Shown: in pieces, positions 30,993-45,569 of the stretch
How the letters are laid out: each line of letters opens with the position of its first letter
How positions within the stretch are numbered: position 1 is the first letter of the stretch
NCBI GenBank assembly: GCA_002269645.1
Contig: NIVC01000020.1
Coordinates: forward strand, 1-64,000
Source: Macrostomum lignano
Taxonomy: Eukaryota
Reading direction: 5' to 3'
DNA: 64,000 nucleotides
Position numbers and translations under genes: made by a program
The notes under the pieces: generated by a model
Database searches by the model: none
What the model was told of the DNA's origin: nothing
The model's input: the letters and a program-made list of their open reading frames with translations, nothing else

Positions 30993-33894
30993 CAACTCCT
31001 AACCAAAGCTGCTAAAGACCTCAGCTTTCCTTTTCTTTCTGTAAGAGTTGCTATGCCTATATCTTATTTCGAACGATAAAATACTACTTAAAATGGTACA
31101 TCACTGCACTATTTATTCTATCCTATCCCACCCATTTGTACGAGTAATACGAGCTAAATTCTTTCGTGTGTAAAAAAAGTGACTTCTGTGTCCTAATTTT
31201 TTATGACCGACTATTTAATCAGCTTCAACAATTCCTCTTAATGCTAACGTTCTCGGCACAAGTTTTTAATAAGTGCCTGGATTTTAGCTGGATTACTTAG
31301 TAATACTGGATACTGAATACTTTATGATACTTAAATATACTCAAGTTATTTAAAGATGACACTGAATGATACTCAGTGATACTTAACCTAGACTCTATAA
31401 CTTTCCCTTTTCTCCCACTCAGTTCTTTTCCTTCTTCCCTATCCTCTCACTTCCCTATAATGGCCCTGATCCCAGAGGCCGCACCCAGCAGTCCCCCAAG
31501 CTCCCCAAGCTCCATTTTGCCAGGCAGGCGCAGTGCTTCTATGCAAAAGCCCCGGATCCGATCAATGGAAATGAGACAAGGCGCGTGCTCACCCTCTGTT
31601 TTTGAATCTCAGACGTTTAAATAAACTTTTGTACACTGAGCGAACACTTAGACAGGGAGAAGTTCGAGACCATCCTGTGTGCATTGGAGTAGCTCACAAC
31701 TATGTACGTGAAAGCTTGCATTCAATGGCCCAGCCGAGGCAAAAAGGGAAGTTCAGTTTTGATTGACTATACACTCTGAGTACACTTACTATTGCTAAAC
31801 ATTTTATCTATCTTCTCTCTCTAAATATGTCTGCTGCACAGATGCTGTGCCTCACCCCTCTAGACAATTCAAGGCTTAAATGACTGGCCAACCGTGCATC
31901 TAAATATTTATTTTGTACACTTGAACTCTCCATTGTGTTCCAGTCTTCTGCTTCACTCAAATTGTTGAAATATCAATTCTTATACTGGTCTCTGCTATCG
32001 CCAAGCAACTGGTAGAGAGCCATGGCTGAGCTTGTATATTCTGCATTGTGAAACAAATAGACCTATCTTGCAAGTCAAAGTTAAGTTACCTGTCATGGTC
32101 AGCAATTAGTCTGCATAGCAAATACGCAGAAACAAGGGGCAAAAATCCGTACGCACCCGTACCAATTACCTGAATCCCTCATGCACACTATGCACATGCG
32201 CGTACATGTCAAGAGTATGTTTATTCTGAGCGAAGACAAGTTCTCGCGTATGCTGACTCGCTATATAGCGATAGTAAGTGCCGCACTTGGCTTCTTTTTC
32301 TTATTCTTACACAATGCGGATACATTGGAGAGATGGCAATATTTTAAAATGTAATACTTCATCGATAAATTGCTCCAACCCAGGTGAGAGACTGGGGCAC
32401 TACGAGCTGTCAATATCTGCTGGCATTGCAGCTGATACGCATTGAAAAATCTGGAAAATAGAAAGTTAAACAAGAAAAAATTGCTTGAACTTTACTTTTT
32501 ACTTCAGTTTTCTTTTTACCCGATAGACCGGAGGAACTTCACAGCAGAGCAAAAACAAGAGCTGCTTGAAAGAGAGTTGAGAGACTCTGCAGAGTGACTG
32601 GAGTGCGCACCTATCAGAGTACACTGGAGTTTCTTTGCAATTTTGTGCAGGTGCAGTTGAAGGTTGAGGGAACTTCAATTTCTTTTGCATTCAGATTACC
32701 CTCCGACTACAATGGCTGCTCCAGCACAGTAGGGCGAAGTGGGGCGCCACAATGCGTCTTAGAATTGTTTCTTATGAATAGTTTTGCAGCAAACTTCAGC
32801 AATGCCCCACAAAGAAGCGGCAAAAGAAATGCACAGCAGACTGCAAACACTTTTTATAGACTAATCTCTGTGCAAGAGGTAGCAGATGTAGCGCCTACCC
32901 GTGACACTGAACAGATGAGATAGGATTTAATACTCAGACTTGATTTCAAACCTAAATTTATGCAGTAAAGTTTCTACAGCGCCGATGCACTGCGCGCGAG
33001 TAGCTTAAAAATCGGGTTTTATATTTTCGACGCAAGTCTATACAAATTACAATTCAACTAATTAAAATTGTCATCTTTCCCCCATGCGAATATTCGCTGT
33101 GGACAACTTGTTTAGTTTGTCCTCGACCATAAGGCAAGCTAAAATACCGCAGGACGATGCGGCTCACAATCTACTCTCACTTTCTTTTCTCCACTTCATC
33201 TTCCCTTTTCATTCTTTGTCAATCCTTTCTTTGCCCACCCCTTATCTGTTTCTCAGTTGATCTTATCTTATCTCCTCTTTGAGCCCAGCCACTCAAACCT
33301 CGAAAGTTCCAGTAAGATACGAGCTTAATGCTAACCGAGCCTTTTACGACTACTCTGACTCTGAGTTTCCAATCTTGTATACGATACCCTGGTCTGCATC
33401 TTTCCCATACAATAGAAGCTAGTGAGATATCGCGCACAGTAACTGCACATGCAGTTTGCCGCCGGTGTGAAACTCGGATGAATAAACAAAATGAACGCGA
33501 AACGAACACAAACAGGGAGAAGTTCAGAACAACACACTGCGTACACTGCTGTAACTCGCAAGCCTGCGATGAATTTGTACAGCTGAAGCAAAGTGGAAGT
33601 TCAGTTTTTTGTAAGCACACACTCAGGCCGAGCTGCTGCTAAACTGTGCTCAAATACTTTTTCACTCCAAATATGCCTGCCTATATCTGATGCGCAGACA
33701 ATTTGCTGGGCGAAAATTATTTTCTCAATCATACACTCGAGATACTACTTAGGATATTCAGTTTATTCGACCCATCGCAAATTGTCTGGGTTTGCGATGG
33801 GTTGCGCAAATTGCAGATTGTGCAAATTGTATTTGCGCAACGAGATTCGAACCATGGTAGGCTTTCTCCTCCTCACCTGCCGGACATTTTCAGC

Positions 33895-34647
33895 ATGTTC
33901 AAGTCTCTTCAACACCTGACAGAAGAGCTTTGCTGGCTTACTGAGACGGTGAATCCGCTGGTCACACAGGTGCAGGAAATATAGCCGACTGATGAGGTGC
34001 TCTCCGAGGAGATGAAGCAGGAACTGAGACAGGGACTGCAGAAGATGGGCGACATTGCATGCGATCTGAATCCGTGGCATCGTCATTTAGAAGTAGAACG
34101 CTTGATTAATTCTGCTAGGAAGTATTTTGCTGCTCAAGAGCATACCCATGAAGCCACAGAAGAATTCCGTCAAATAATCCAACATACAGTAGGAAGCCTC
34201 AGGGAGTGCTACAAGCGGCTCAGTAGTTTCACTGATATACTGAATAAGTCTCGTCGGATCGTAGAAGTGCTCGACGAGAGGCTCACACAAAAGGCGGATG
34301 AGCTGGAGCGGCAAGAGCGCAGAACAAGGACACAGGGAGCGGCTGGAGCTGTCGGCCTGGCTACTACCGGTGTCGGGATCGCAACCCTTAGTTTACTAAC
34401 TGGAGGAGCTGCCCTAATTGCCGCCGCCGCTGTCGCAAGCTCTGCCGGCAATTTATCATCCATGGCGACAGCAATCAGGGACGCAAATGCAACACGACAG
34501 CAATTCGCGGACATGCGAGTTCGCTGCAGAAAGTTGTCTGTTATGGGACATGAACTAAAGTACATTCTCGACAAGGCCACATGCATAATCGTACGGCTGG
34601 AGGAAGACATTCAAGGGCTGCAGTCTGTGCTGTATGGCTTCAGATGA
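33895..34647 (+). pseudogene. Coiled-coil plus transmembrane-hairpin protein, paralogue C, in-frame TAG at 33982
   Basis: ATG 33895 is in frame with ORF 33997-34647. KADELERQ..GAVGLATTGVGIATLSLLTGGAALIAAAA is homologous to paralogue B. Confidence 0.75.
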
Positions 34648-36059
34648 GCTGAAGAGAGGAGACGACATCTCGGAAGAAGAGCACTTGGGCTGCACCTGCT
34701 GTTTCATATAACAATAATCATTAAAAATATTAAGTTTACGCACTACTATAAGACTGCTGATTCATTATACTTTCTACTGGCTCCGGTTGCACATGAATTA
34801 TTCATTACATTTTACTTTTACTAGTAAGTCGAAGTACATATGTAAACTCAAATTATCAAATATAACGTTTAGTAGTTAACCCTCGTGTATAGCCCATAAT
34901 ATATTTTTTAAATGAATCCCTTAGCTTTTACAACTGCCGCCTCTCGTGATTGGTCAGATTCATAAAAGCTGTTCAAGTGTTAACTTTCGGTGTCTCTCTA
35001 GCTGTGTGCGCGGTGTGCGACCTGCTTATCTTAAATAAAAGGAAATATCGATTTATCTCTCATTTCCACACCCCCTCTGCGGTAGCCGCTGTGAAGCGAC
35101 CTCGTGCTTATCTCTGGAATGTACGCTGGTATGAGTACATTGCCGCCTGCCCCCAATTCTGTATCTTTGAGATAATCAACTGCTGACTATAAGGAGGGCG
35201 GTTAGGAGGGCCCAGGCTCTGACTGTGATTTCTAGTCTAGTATCGGAAACGCCGTTTTGCATACTATGTGTTCTGGAACGGATTATTCAATGTGGCACCA
35301 CAAACTACAATGTAAATTCTAAAATGCTGAGTCAGCGTGCAAGATCGATTCGACAAGTCGGACAAAATCACCAAACCTGGAGTGCTCGGGAATCCAATTA
35401 CCTGGCTGGCTGTTCCTGCAGGAAAATGGTGAGTTCTGTTGTGAAAATTCATTTCATTTAAATGGCGCTCGTTTAAACCAAGAACATTTACACGTGATAA
35501 GCCAAATTCCCAAAATTTCATTGTTCATTTTCAAACATAATTTCTAAAAATTGCGGCTGGCGTGTCCGGACTTTAGTTTGGCCACTGGCTGATGAGCAGA
35601 AATCTCCAGAAAAGACACCCTAAATTGCCGGATAAAAACTTTGTTAAAACGAAGTGCCATAAAAACCGGCGTGGATCAGTTCTGAGGAGCTCTGCTGCTA
35701 TTTAATTTTTTATTTAGATCGAAAAACATGAAATTAAATTAAATAAAACTATTTTAATAGTTAGCAGCAGCAATTTCGCACACATTTGGGATATAAAAAT
35801 ATAGATGGGATAGAAGGGAACAGGGAAATCTGCACAAAGAAGGGATTCTGATAAAAAGGTAATGAAGAGTAAAAAAATACGCTATTAAGTTAAATATGAA
35901 ATGAAATGCAATACCGCATATTTGAATACAACTGTATAAGTAGTATAGAAGGGGTGTAAAAAGTTTTAAGCAATATTTGTAAGACTCTTACAAAGAGTGT
36001 AAAAGTGCGCAGGGAGATCACAGGTCATGGGATCGGTCCCTTTTGCTGATCAACCGATC

Positions 36060-36720
36060 TCTGGCTCAGGCAGCATGCTCAGTTTTCAGGGAGACTGCCC
36101 GTCAGCCTACCTTTGATTGGGAATCCTTGCAGTTTGATTTGATGTTTTCTCCGTAGGCTGTGTACACCATTCTTATGGTAGTGACCACTACTCAGCTTTG
36201 TCATTTTAGCAATTCTGCATAGCGGCATTACAATGGCTCTGCTGGTATCTGTCATGGTGTCTTGCGTTGTTTGCTCAGACAGAGGCTTGGGCAAATTTTA
36301 TCTCCTGGCTGTACGGAACCTCCGTCCGTCTCCCAGATATTGTTTGGGTCGCAAGTCCATGCGCCTGGTGGGTTAGTAGTTGAAAGCGATTGCTTTGCTC
36401 TTCCCAGCATTCAGTCTGATGGTCTGAAACGTCTGAGATAGCTCTGAAAGGAATGTTCGGAGCCCTACAAAGGTGTCAGCTGAGGCCCAGACGGCCGTGT
36501 CGTCTGCAAATTAACTGCGCAAGTTAAGTTGGCATTGAGCTGACGTAGAAGAGGTGCAGGAGAGGGCTCAGGATGCCTCCCTGAGAGACGCCAGACTGCA
36601 TGGTGTGGGAATTGCTGAGACCCCTGGACTCGAACCTGAATCTGTCTGTCTCTCAGACAGTCTGTCAGGATTCGGTGAGCATTGATAGAAAGCCATCAGT
36701 GAGCATGCAGTGTCTGAGCT
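36060..36720 (-). mobile_element. Highly degenerate non-LTR RT remnant
   Basis: GVSQGGILSP..FADDTAVW..LNAGKSKAIAF read across frames. Confidence 0.6.
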
Positions 36721-38389
36721 ATATGTCAGTAAGCTTGTCAGTAAGCTTGTCCTCAGTGAGCTTGTCATGTCAGGCGGTATCAAAGGCTGCCTCTGCATCT
36801 AGGAAAACTGCAGCGGACTTTTTTGCTTTGCACTTTGCTACCATTATGCCTCATCATGACTTTCATCAAATAGTGATAATTAACTTTAATAATAGACTTT
36901 AAACAATATATTATTTTTAATAATTTTTGAAAAAGAACTCTGAAATTGTAACATGATTCAATTAGTTGGCTTAGTCTGCAGTGCTTTATTGGGCACATCC
37001 AGCATTACGACAGCCCATCTACTCACAGTAGTCAAGCGTGCGGGGTTAGGTGCACGAGGCGAGGGATGGAGACCTAGCATTTCTTATTATTTTGCACTCT
37101 CTAACGGAGACTCCTAAAATTTTCTGGCTAGCCTACCTACAAGCTACATTGGGAAGACATGAGTTCATTAACCTATCAACCACAGGGCTCACGCTGAACA
37201 ATGGAGTAAAGAGATTGCTGCAGACACATGCTTGCAGAGTTCAAAGTCACAACAGCCAGTCTGATGGTATGCCGAGTCACACAGCAGGCAGTCCACAAAT
37301 GGACTGGTTCAAGATTTAGCTGCAGCGGGAGCAGCGGGACTTCTCTGCCGCCGACTCGGTCCCAATGCTCTCGTCAGCAAGAAATAGAAACCTGCTGAGG
37401 CAGCCTGCAACCTGCTGAGGCAGCCTGCAAGAGTCCAGCTCCATCGAGCGCTACGTCTCTATTGAGCTTCGATTTTTTGCGGTCAGAATAAACTAAACTT
37501 ACGGGTCGATATCCTTCAAAACACGATCACGCAAATAAACCGTTAAAGGTCTCGGCGACTGTATCGCCAACTTCGTCGCACTTGCAGGTCGATGCCGGTT
37601 CTTGTAGCAAAAAAGCTGAGAGCTCCAAAGATAAAAACAAAGGCAACCTGGGAAGCGCGCTTTGATAATTTGTTCTGGTGAAGGGGCGCAACCGGGACTT
37701 GGAATTATAGAACCTGGTCCATGTTCGGGTCTTCCTGGCGAGAGTCAACACCTTGGGGGACCCAGCTGGTCCATCCAGACAACGCTGGCAGGATCGACAA
37801 TTCCACTGTAGGTGTGGTGGATTGCATGGTGATCGAGAAGTCTCCGTTCAAGAATGGATGAATTCGACCGAATACTTAGCCAACCTTGCTCGGCGAATGT
37901 AAAACCATCGCCGAGAATGGTCCTCAGCAAGCCCCTGGTAGGCGTATTGATTCCACAGCAGCTCCGAGGGCAAACCTGCACATACACACGCACGCAAACA
38001 CGTTAATATAGTAAAGGATGCACTGCTCAGTCTATTTCAATAACTGGTGCACTGTATGCCGCACGGGGGTCTCAGCGCTTACTAAAAGCCTGTAGCTGAA
38101 GGCCTGTAAGTCCGTGGTTGCTGCACCTACTGGCGCGGCATGCCGCAGGCAGGCATAATTATTGAATAGCAGTTCCAAATTAATTGCGGCTAGCAGTGCA
38201 ATTTAAAACAAATCCTAATTAATAAAATTCTAGATGCTTGAACTCGCTTTTTAAGATTATTATACGAGTAAACTGTATTAATAAAATTAACGGGGGTGGA
38301 TAGAGCGCCAGAGCGGTCATGTAGTACATGATGCACATAATATGACATATTACACATTCGGGCTCTTGAACACGCCAAGAGACAGTTGG

Positions 38390-39090
38390 AGCCATTTGCA
38401 CTAGCAGCAGCTGACCTTGTGCGATTCTCACCTGCACTTGGCCTTCAGCAGGTTCTCTCCTGAGCTGCTGCCACAGCCGTGACACGACATCATGCAGCGC
38501 GGGCGACTCTGCGCCTCCTGCGCAACCTTTGAGCAATTGCATATTAATACGGTTTAGAATGTCGCCGCGCATCGCTCGCATTTCATGGTGCATCGCCCGC
38601 ATCTCATTTTGGATGGTGGCCAAGGCTGCGCGATTCTCGGCCCGGTCGGCCTGCATCTCATTTTGGATGGCGGCCAAGGCTGCGCGATTCTCGGCCCGGT
38701 CGGCGCGCTTATCATTTAGGATATGCGACTAAGGCATCATCTCGACTCGCCCGCATGTCGTCTTCAGGTCTTCGTACCGCATATTTAGAATGGTACCCAA
38801 GGTCACGCGATTCTCGGCCATATCAAAGAACGTACCATATCAATGCGGTCCAGAATTTCGCCGCGCATCGCTCGCATTTCGTCGCGCATTGCCCGCATTT
38901 CGCCGCGCATCGCCCGCAGCTCATCTAAAATGGCGGCCAGGCCGGTGCGATTCTCGGCTCGATCGGCGCGATTTTCAGCCCGGTCGGCTCGAATTTCCGC
39001 CAAGGCCCATGCAGCGGAAACCGCGGACGCAGCGGATGCCACAGCAGCAGCCGCCACAAGCAGACTCTGATTGCTGCCCTGAGATAAATA
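38390..39090 (-). other. Tandem exon-like copies of an unknown hydrophobic-helix plus coiled-coil (ADRAENRA/EMRAMRG) family
   Basis: Acceptor tatctcag|GGCAGC and donor ATG|gtacgt. A second locus lies at ~45570-46090. Confidence 0.5.
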
Positions 39091-40829
39091 ACAGATGCAT
39101 TTCCATATGTTCACGGCATGTGAAGTTCAATGAAGATTTGTAAATTTCAAGTTAAGAAACTGTTCCAGAGAGGTCTCGGCGCCTTCTAGATTTCACAGCC
39201 GAGTCCGGCTGCTGCTCAATCGGGCGCAAAGTCTCTCAGAGATGCTTCGGAGCCTGTCGTTGTTTGCAGTCCGACATCCTACCAGAACGGGATCACACGA
39301 AACCGTTGAACATCTCGTCGACTGTATCGGCAACTTCCTTGCAGGTCGATGCTGGTTCTAATCTTGTGTAGCGGGCGCACCTAGAACCTGGGGAGCGCGC
39401 CTTGATAGTGGGTTCTGGTGAAGGGGTGCAACAGGGACTGGGAGTGGTAGAGGCAACTAATCCGTTGACATCGCTGATTTTGGTCAAGGCTGATGCGCAG
39501 AGCTTCTCAGGAAAGCAATCAGAAAAGAGGACGTGATGGCTCCAGTGCTCCTTTCTGCGCCATCGCCTCCAGTCATACGGAATGAAGCATTACGCTTTCC
39601 TCGCCTCGGCTCGTAGATGCTGATGCAGCTTCCGGATGTGTACGTGTACACAGTCAACCCTGTACACGTACACACTCAACCCTGTATATGCACACACTCC
39701 TCAAAAATGTACAGGTACACACGCTAAACTATAAACGCACAAAAAACTGAACACGTCTCTAAACTATAAAGTTGTAAAGTGAAATAATTGTTATTAAGAC
39801 TGGTAAATAACATAGTCAGGCTGCATCCACAATGTCTTTGTATATCAGGCAACAGAAATTAGGATCTACTGTCGTAAAGATGGTAGAAAGAGAGCGTGCT
39901 TTTTGATACGCTTTCAGTTCAATTACAATTAATTGAAAGCAAAACACGAGTCAGCAGCAACTGTCAGTATCTCTACTCGTATATCTCTATCACAAGCAAT
40001 GCTAAGCAGGTTCTCACTCAAAACAGCGTGCAGGATTGTAGATACCGCGCACTCTTTTTCATTTTAATTACTTAAACTGCTAAAAAATGGGCCTAGTGGG
40101 ACAGCACATTCACCGCCAGAGCTTGCAAGTCAAGCAGATTCGCCTAAGCAGATTGCAGTGTTGGAGCTGAATAGGCTTACGTAACACTGTACCTTGTATG
40201 CAGTTACCACAGGTGGTCACTTGTGCTAAGCTCTCTGCTGTGATTAAGTAGCGCCTCTGAGCTTATAATAATAATAATAATAATACTAATATCTGGTCTG
40301 ATATCTTGTTAATACTAATAATAGTGTCTGGGCCACAGAGAACCGACTGCAGCGAGGGACAAAAAGCGACGCAAACCAGCCGGGGACAGGCCAGACCTCC
40401 CAACTCGAAACAAACAGAACCAGGCCAGCCCAGGCAAAACTGCGCACTTCTAGCGTGAAATTTCCCTAAATCATCTCATCGACATAAATGACTCAAATGA
40501 CATCAAATCGCACGACTGATGAATGAACATTTGTACAATACTTTAATTAAACGGAATATGGTCTTATTTGAGCACTGATGCTTTTGACATCTGTTAGCAT
40601 TTTGTCAGCTGCGATGCCGCCTCCTCACTTCATTTTCAGGTCACTCGGCAGCGGGGCTGCAAATCGTGCGCGCAGACCAGCGGCGTCTGCACGGCAGTCC
40701 CGCGTTCAGCTCGCAGATCCGGGCTGTCCTAACGCAAAACGCTGGGTGCCATGCCAGAGGGGAACTCGCTGCGATGCTGAATCAAAAGTCGCCTCATCAC
40801 CGGAAGATCTGCAGCCTCCTGCGCCGTTG

Positions 40830-41130
40830 ACCCATCTCCTGCGCCGTTGAACTCGCCTCCTGCGCCGTTGACCTCGCCTTCTGCGCCGTTGACCTCGCCT
40901 TCTGCGCCGTTGACCTCGCCTTCTGCGCCGTTGACCTCGCCTTCTGCGCTGTTGACCTCGCCTTCTGCGCCGTTGACCTCGCCTTCTGCGCCGTTGACCT
41001 CGCCTTCTGCGCCGTTGACCTCGCCTTCTGCGCTGTTGACCTCGCCTTCTGCGCCGTTGACCTCGTCTCCTACGCCGTTGACCTCGTCTCCTACGCCGTT
41101 GACCTCGTCTCCTACGCCGTTGACCCCAAC
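40830..41130. repeat. 21-bp minisatellite (encodes EGEVNGA on the minus strand)
   Basis: About 14 copies. Short related copy at ~45035-45080. Confidence 0.9.
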
Positions 41131-42147
41131 TTCTTGTTGCCGTTGACATCTCTCATGCGCTATTGACAACCGCTGCCAACAGTCTCCGACCTGGATACTG
41201 CCATGTACTTCTCGCTTCTACTGATTTGAGCCTGCAGCGCAGATACATGTAGCAGCGCCAATTTCTGCTTTCTCTTAAATGCTTTTGACTGTTTTGTTAA
41301 AATAGTAATTGACCGGTTTATATTAGGTAGTTTGTCTTTAGAAGATTCTAGAATGTTGCTTCGAATCCCATGCTCGCGTACAGTACGCCTACTGTCCCCA
41401 ACCCATTACTTTGTATAAGAGGGCAACTGCTGCTTCTTGTTTACAAATATACATGTACACTGTACAACTAGACTGGCAGATCAAAATGAAGCATATTTTG
41501 TCTTGATCGGATGCTACTTAAGCTTGAAAATGCCGTGCTTATTAACGACTGTAGCCAGTAAAGTTATTAAACCGTCCAAAAAATAAAAATTCGAATCCAC
41601 AGGCTTGGAACCGCATGCAGTGTTGAGCTGTTGAGTGTGTTGTCTCAGTAATCACATTTTGATGACGGAAGTAGAAGCTTCCCTATCAGATTAAGCCACA
41701 GTTTAAAGATTCTTTTACGCTGTGTGATAAAAGCTCATTTAGTATGCCATTAATCTTGAGAACACACTAATTTAGCTTGTTTTCAGTCTCTTAAAGTACT
41801 TTGAGTCCTTTTACTTCATCTGTGGATCCATGATCCGTGTAGTGGAAGCGAGTTTTATGCATTACTGAGACTATAGTAAGAAAATTAGCAGCATGCAGGC
41901 AACTGTGCAAAGCGTGAAATTCGGGAGACAGGCCAGCACTGTTTGAGCAAAGGCTACTCAAGTACTCGTACATGTAGGACAACAAAACTTCGTTTCTTGG
42001 AAAATTTTAGGAGGCAGCTTTTCCAAAAATACACTATGGAGATAGGAAGTTTTGATTTTTAAGCACAAAAATTGATATTGCTTTCGATGGGAGGCAGACC
42101 CAATGTTTTGATATGTTAAGCTTTTCTTATACGCTCGTAGCTCTATT

Positions 42148-42812
42148 ATGGCTTTTTCCAAGCCAACTGAGCCTAGGAGCAAGCAATTTGAGAATTTGGG
42201 CGCGCTATTAATCTTTTTCACAGTGCTCGTATATCCTTTACGAATAACTTCACTGAAATAACGTCTGCAAATAGATGGCATATCAAAAAACGATTGACAT
42301 AAACAACTTGATTTCAGAGAAACCAATCAAAACAGGCAAAGGCAAAACAATGGTCGATGCTCGATCTCCACCGTCGTGCGCGGTCCCGTGATTTCAAAGC
42401 AACGCCTGATAGAATACACTGTTTTTCTCTGTACGTCCAGCCATCGCGAAATGTGCTCAGCACTATCACCTCTCTCCATGGCAGCGACAATCAGGTCGTA
42501 CCTTTCGTTGCTTATCTTGCGATAGGGTTCTCGCCCTGCAGGATTCTGCTCATCCACTGCATCTTGCATGGGCTGTAGCAAAACTTGCTTCACTGCTCTG
42601 CTCGCTAAATTCTTCGTCTGATATATCTGTTTGTCTAATGAAATCTGTTTTTTCTATGGTCTGAGGCTTTCGCAACTGTGGAAAGGATTAATAGCGCGCC
42701 CAGATTCTCAAATTGGTTGCTCCATAGACCCCCTTTTGGTCTTCAATAGCTTGACTCTCCCAATAAGGATTAAATTGCTTGCTCCTAGGCTCAATTGGCT
42801 TGGAAAATGCTA
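42148..42812 (-). mobile_element. Tc1/IS630-like deletion derivative with ~70-bp inverted repeats
   Basis: HTH-like ORF RKISNERYDLIVAAMERGDSAEHISRWLDVQRKTVYSIRRCF. Inverted gattaatagcgcgcc..ctcctaggctca..ggcttggaaaa at ~42150-42225 and ~42676-42812 (the right copy is interrupted). Confidence 0.55.
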
Positions 42813-43361
42813 TATATGATATTCATAAAGCTTTTCGTTCAGAAAAAAAGGATTCTATGTTAATTATTTATTCTACGTACATTTTCCTGTACCTAAAAAG
42901 CATAAAAAATGCACAGCTCGACTCTCTGGTCTTATGAATCTATTTTATCATATCTGTTACACATATTGTTACAGTCCTTGTGTTCTTATGTAGTCCTTGT
43001 GTTTGAGTTTCAGATTCACAGAACGCTCGCCTTCACTCTTGCTTCACTTCCTCCATGCGATCCAGCCAGCAATAGCATGTAACAATAGGAATTTAGTGCG
43101 TCATCAAAAAATAAAAAAAATCGTCTTGGTACCAGTAACAACCGCAATCATTTTAGTGCGCTCAGTTATTTATCCGGTTTAGCGAGAATCAAGAATAGAA
43201 AGCAGTATATTTGCATTTCATAGCGCTGTACAAAGCAGATTAGCAGAGGTACAGTTAATCATTATGACTAAATTAAATAACTATGAAAATGAACCGAAGA
43301 ATGTAACAAAAGTGGCTAGCCAATACTACTACCAGTAGGTCATTCAGACTCAACAAGACAA

Positions 43362-43860
43362 TAATGCTACTGACAGCAGTTCAGTCGGGGCTCATGATAC
43401 TACTGACAGCAGTTCAGTCGGGGCTCATGATGCTACTGACAGTAGTTCAGTCGGGACTCATGATACTACTGACAGTAGTTTAGTCGGGGCTCATGATACT
43501 ACTGACAGCAGTTCAATCGGGGCTCATGATACTACTGATAGTAGTTCAGTCGGGGCTCATGATACTACTGACAGCAGTTCAATCGGGGCTCATGATACTA
43601 CTGATAGTAGTTCAGTCGGGGCTCATGATGCTACTGACAGTAGTTCAGTCGGGACTCATGATCCTACTGACAGTAGTTTAGTCGGGGCTCATGATACTAC
43701 TGACAGCAGTTCAATCGGGGCTCATGATACTACTAACAGTAGTTCAATCGGGGCTCATGATACTACTAACAGTAGTTCAATCGGGGCTCATGATACTACT
43801 GACAGTAGTTCAATCGGGGCTCATGATACTACTGATAGTAGTTCAATCGGGGCTCATGAT
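43362..43860. repeat. 33-bp minisatellite containing the last five codons and stop of TRAPPC2L, ~15 copies
   Basis: Unit on the minus strand: ATC ATG AGC CCC GAT/C TGA ACT ACT ... Confidence 0.95.
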
Positions 43861-44283
43861 GTTCGCCACCTCGTCATTAAACAGCCGGGAGACGATCTGC
43901 TCGCCAGGCGTGTAGAAGGCGGAGCAGACCAGCCGGATGTAGGCCGCCTGCAGCCGCTTGAACACGGCGCGCACATCCGCGTCTTTTTGAAGCGCCGGGT
44001 TGGCGGCCTCCACCACCAGCACGAGCTTCACCCGGGTGTTGGTGACGTAGCCGTAGACCCGGAAGTCCTCGCGGAAGTGCAGCAGGCCCAGGTACTGGTC
44101 CCAGGGGTCGTGATGGCCGGCCTTGGCCTGGCCGGCAGTCTGGGCGGCGCTGGCCACCCGCTCCTGGATGATGTCCAGGCTGGTGTGCACCAGGTAGTGG
44201 TACTGCAGCGCGTTCTCGTGCGGCAGGGTGCGCAGGTACAGCGGCTGGTTGTCGCGGCCGACCACGGCGACGCAGACTGCCAT
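43843..44283 (-). CDS. TRAPPC2L: Trafficking protein particle complex subunit 2-like (sedlin family)
   Basis: MAVCVAVVG..PLYLR..YLVHTSLD..YLGLL..FRVYGYVTNTRVKLVLVV. Single exon. Confidence 0.93.
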   Translation of the reverse strand: MAVCVAVVGRDNQPLYLRTLPHENALQYHYLVHTSLDIIQERVASAAQTAGQAKAGHHDPWDQYLGLLHFREDFRVYGYVTNTRVKLVLVVEAANPALQKDADVRAVFKRLQAAYIRLVCSAFYTPGEQIVSRLFNDEVANIMSPD

Positions 44284-44289
44284 GTTGAT

Positions 44290-44485
44290 GGAGTGCTCAG
44301 TCGCTGTTGCTGGAGTGCTCAGTCGCAGTTGCTGGAGTGCTCAGTCGCAGTTGCTGGAGTGCTCAGTCGCAGTTGCTGGAGTGCTCAGTCGCTGTTGCTG
44401 GAGTGCTCAGCCGCAGTTGCTGGAGTGCTCAGTCGCAGTTGCTGGAGTGCTCAGTCGCAGTTGCTGGAGTGCTCAGTCGCTGCCA
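44290..44485. repeat. 22-bp minisatellite immediately upstream of the TRAPPC2L ATG
   Basis: gagtgctcagtcgcagttgctg, ~9 copies. Confidence 0.95.
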
Positions 44486-45569
44486 GCAACAATCGAGGCT
44501 CTGCAGTGTCGTCTCGCAGCTAATCGAGCGGCTAAACAGCAGGAAGTTTTGTAAAAAAATAGTTCAGATCGGTTTCTACGAAATAAGCCATTATCACTAA
44601 GTGCATTCGCTTGCTACTGAGCTCAATTACCAGCAGATGCAAATGACAAAATGGCAAAGCAAGCATTTTACTATAATTCTAATGCTGACACGAACGATCA
44701 GACAGCCAGAGCATAAATCAAAATATATATTCACACTTAGAAAACAGCCATCAAGGCTAGCACTAGCGAGTTACAAAATGCAAACGAGTCTTCAAATAGC
44801 CGATAGAGACAGTAAGCGTTTAAGTTATTCTGCAGCATGAAATGCAAAAACTTCTCCGGCGGAAAGCGCAACGAGCATCGAACAAGGCCGAGCGGTGGCA
44901 GCGGCTCAAAACATTTGCTGCATCTGCAATAAAAGGCAAATTATGCAAACAGGTGATGCTGACTCGAAGCGAGGGTAAATTCCAGCAACAGTGAGAAGAT
45001 GAGTTACTCACCGGCTCCAAGGCCAAACCGCCGTTTCCTGCGCCGTTGACCCCGCCGTCTGCGCCGTTGACCCCCGCCATCGCTGAACTCGCTCACAGTG
45101 GTGATGCCACCAGCAGACATCTGTTGAAAGGGCGGTAAGCAGTCCGGATAGACTTGGAGAGCAAATTGTGCGGATTCAGTGACGGCTATAATTTAAAACG
45201 GGCCAAAATTGCTCGACAAGAGCAGTTGAGTCCCCTTTGTTAAAATGATCTGCTCAAACTTCAGCACCTCCACCAAAGTAAACGAGAAGTGTGTAAAATC
45301 TGTCGAGAGCAAGACAGCCTCATGCAACAAGGCTGGGAAGCAGCTTTTTAGGACCTGAAAATGAGGAACAAGTGGGCCTGCTTGATGCTTCAAAATGCTG
45401 TGAATAACATGTTAAGTAACCATATCAACTATTAATATAGTAACCCTATCTATCTACTGTATTATTATAGAAACAGAGGACGTTGACGCATTGGAAGGCA
45501 GAAGTGCATTTCAAATGCCGGCGGCGTGGTGGGCAATCATGCAGTTCATTATGCACATGCACTGCATGC

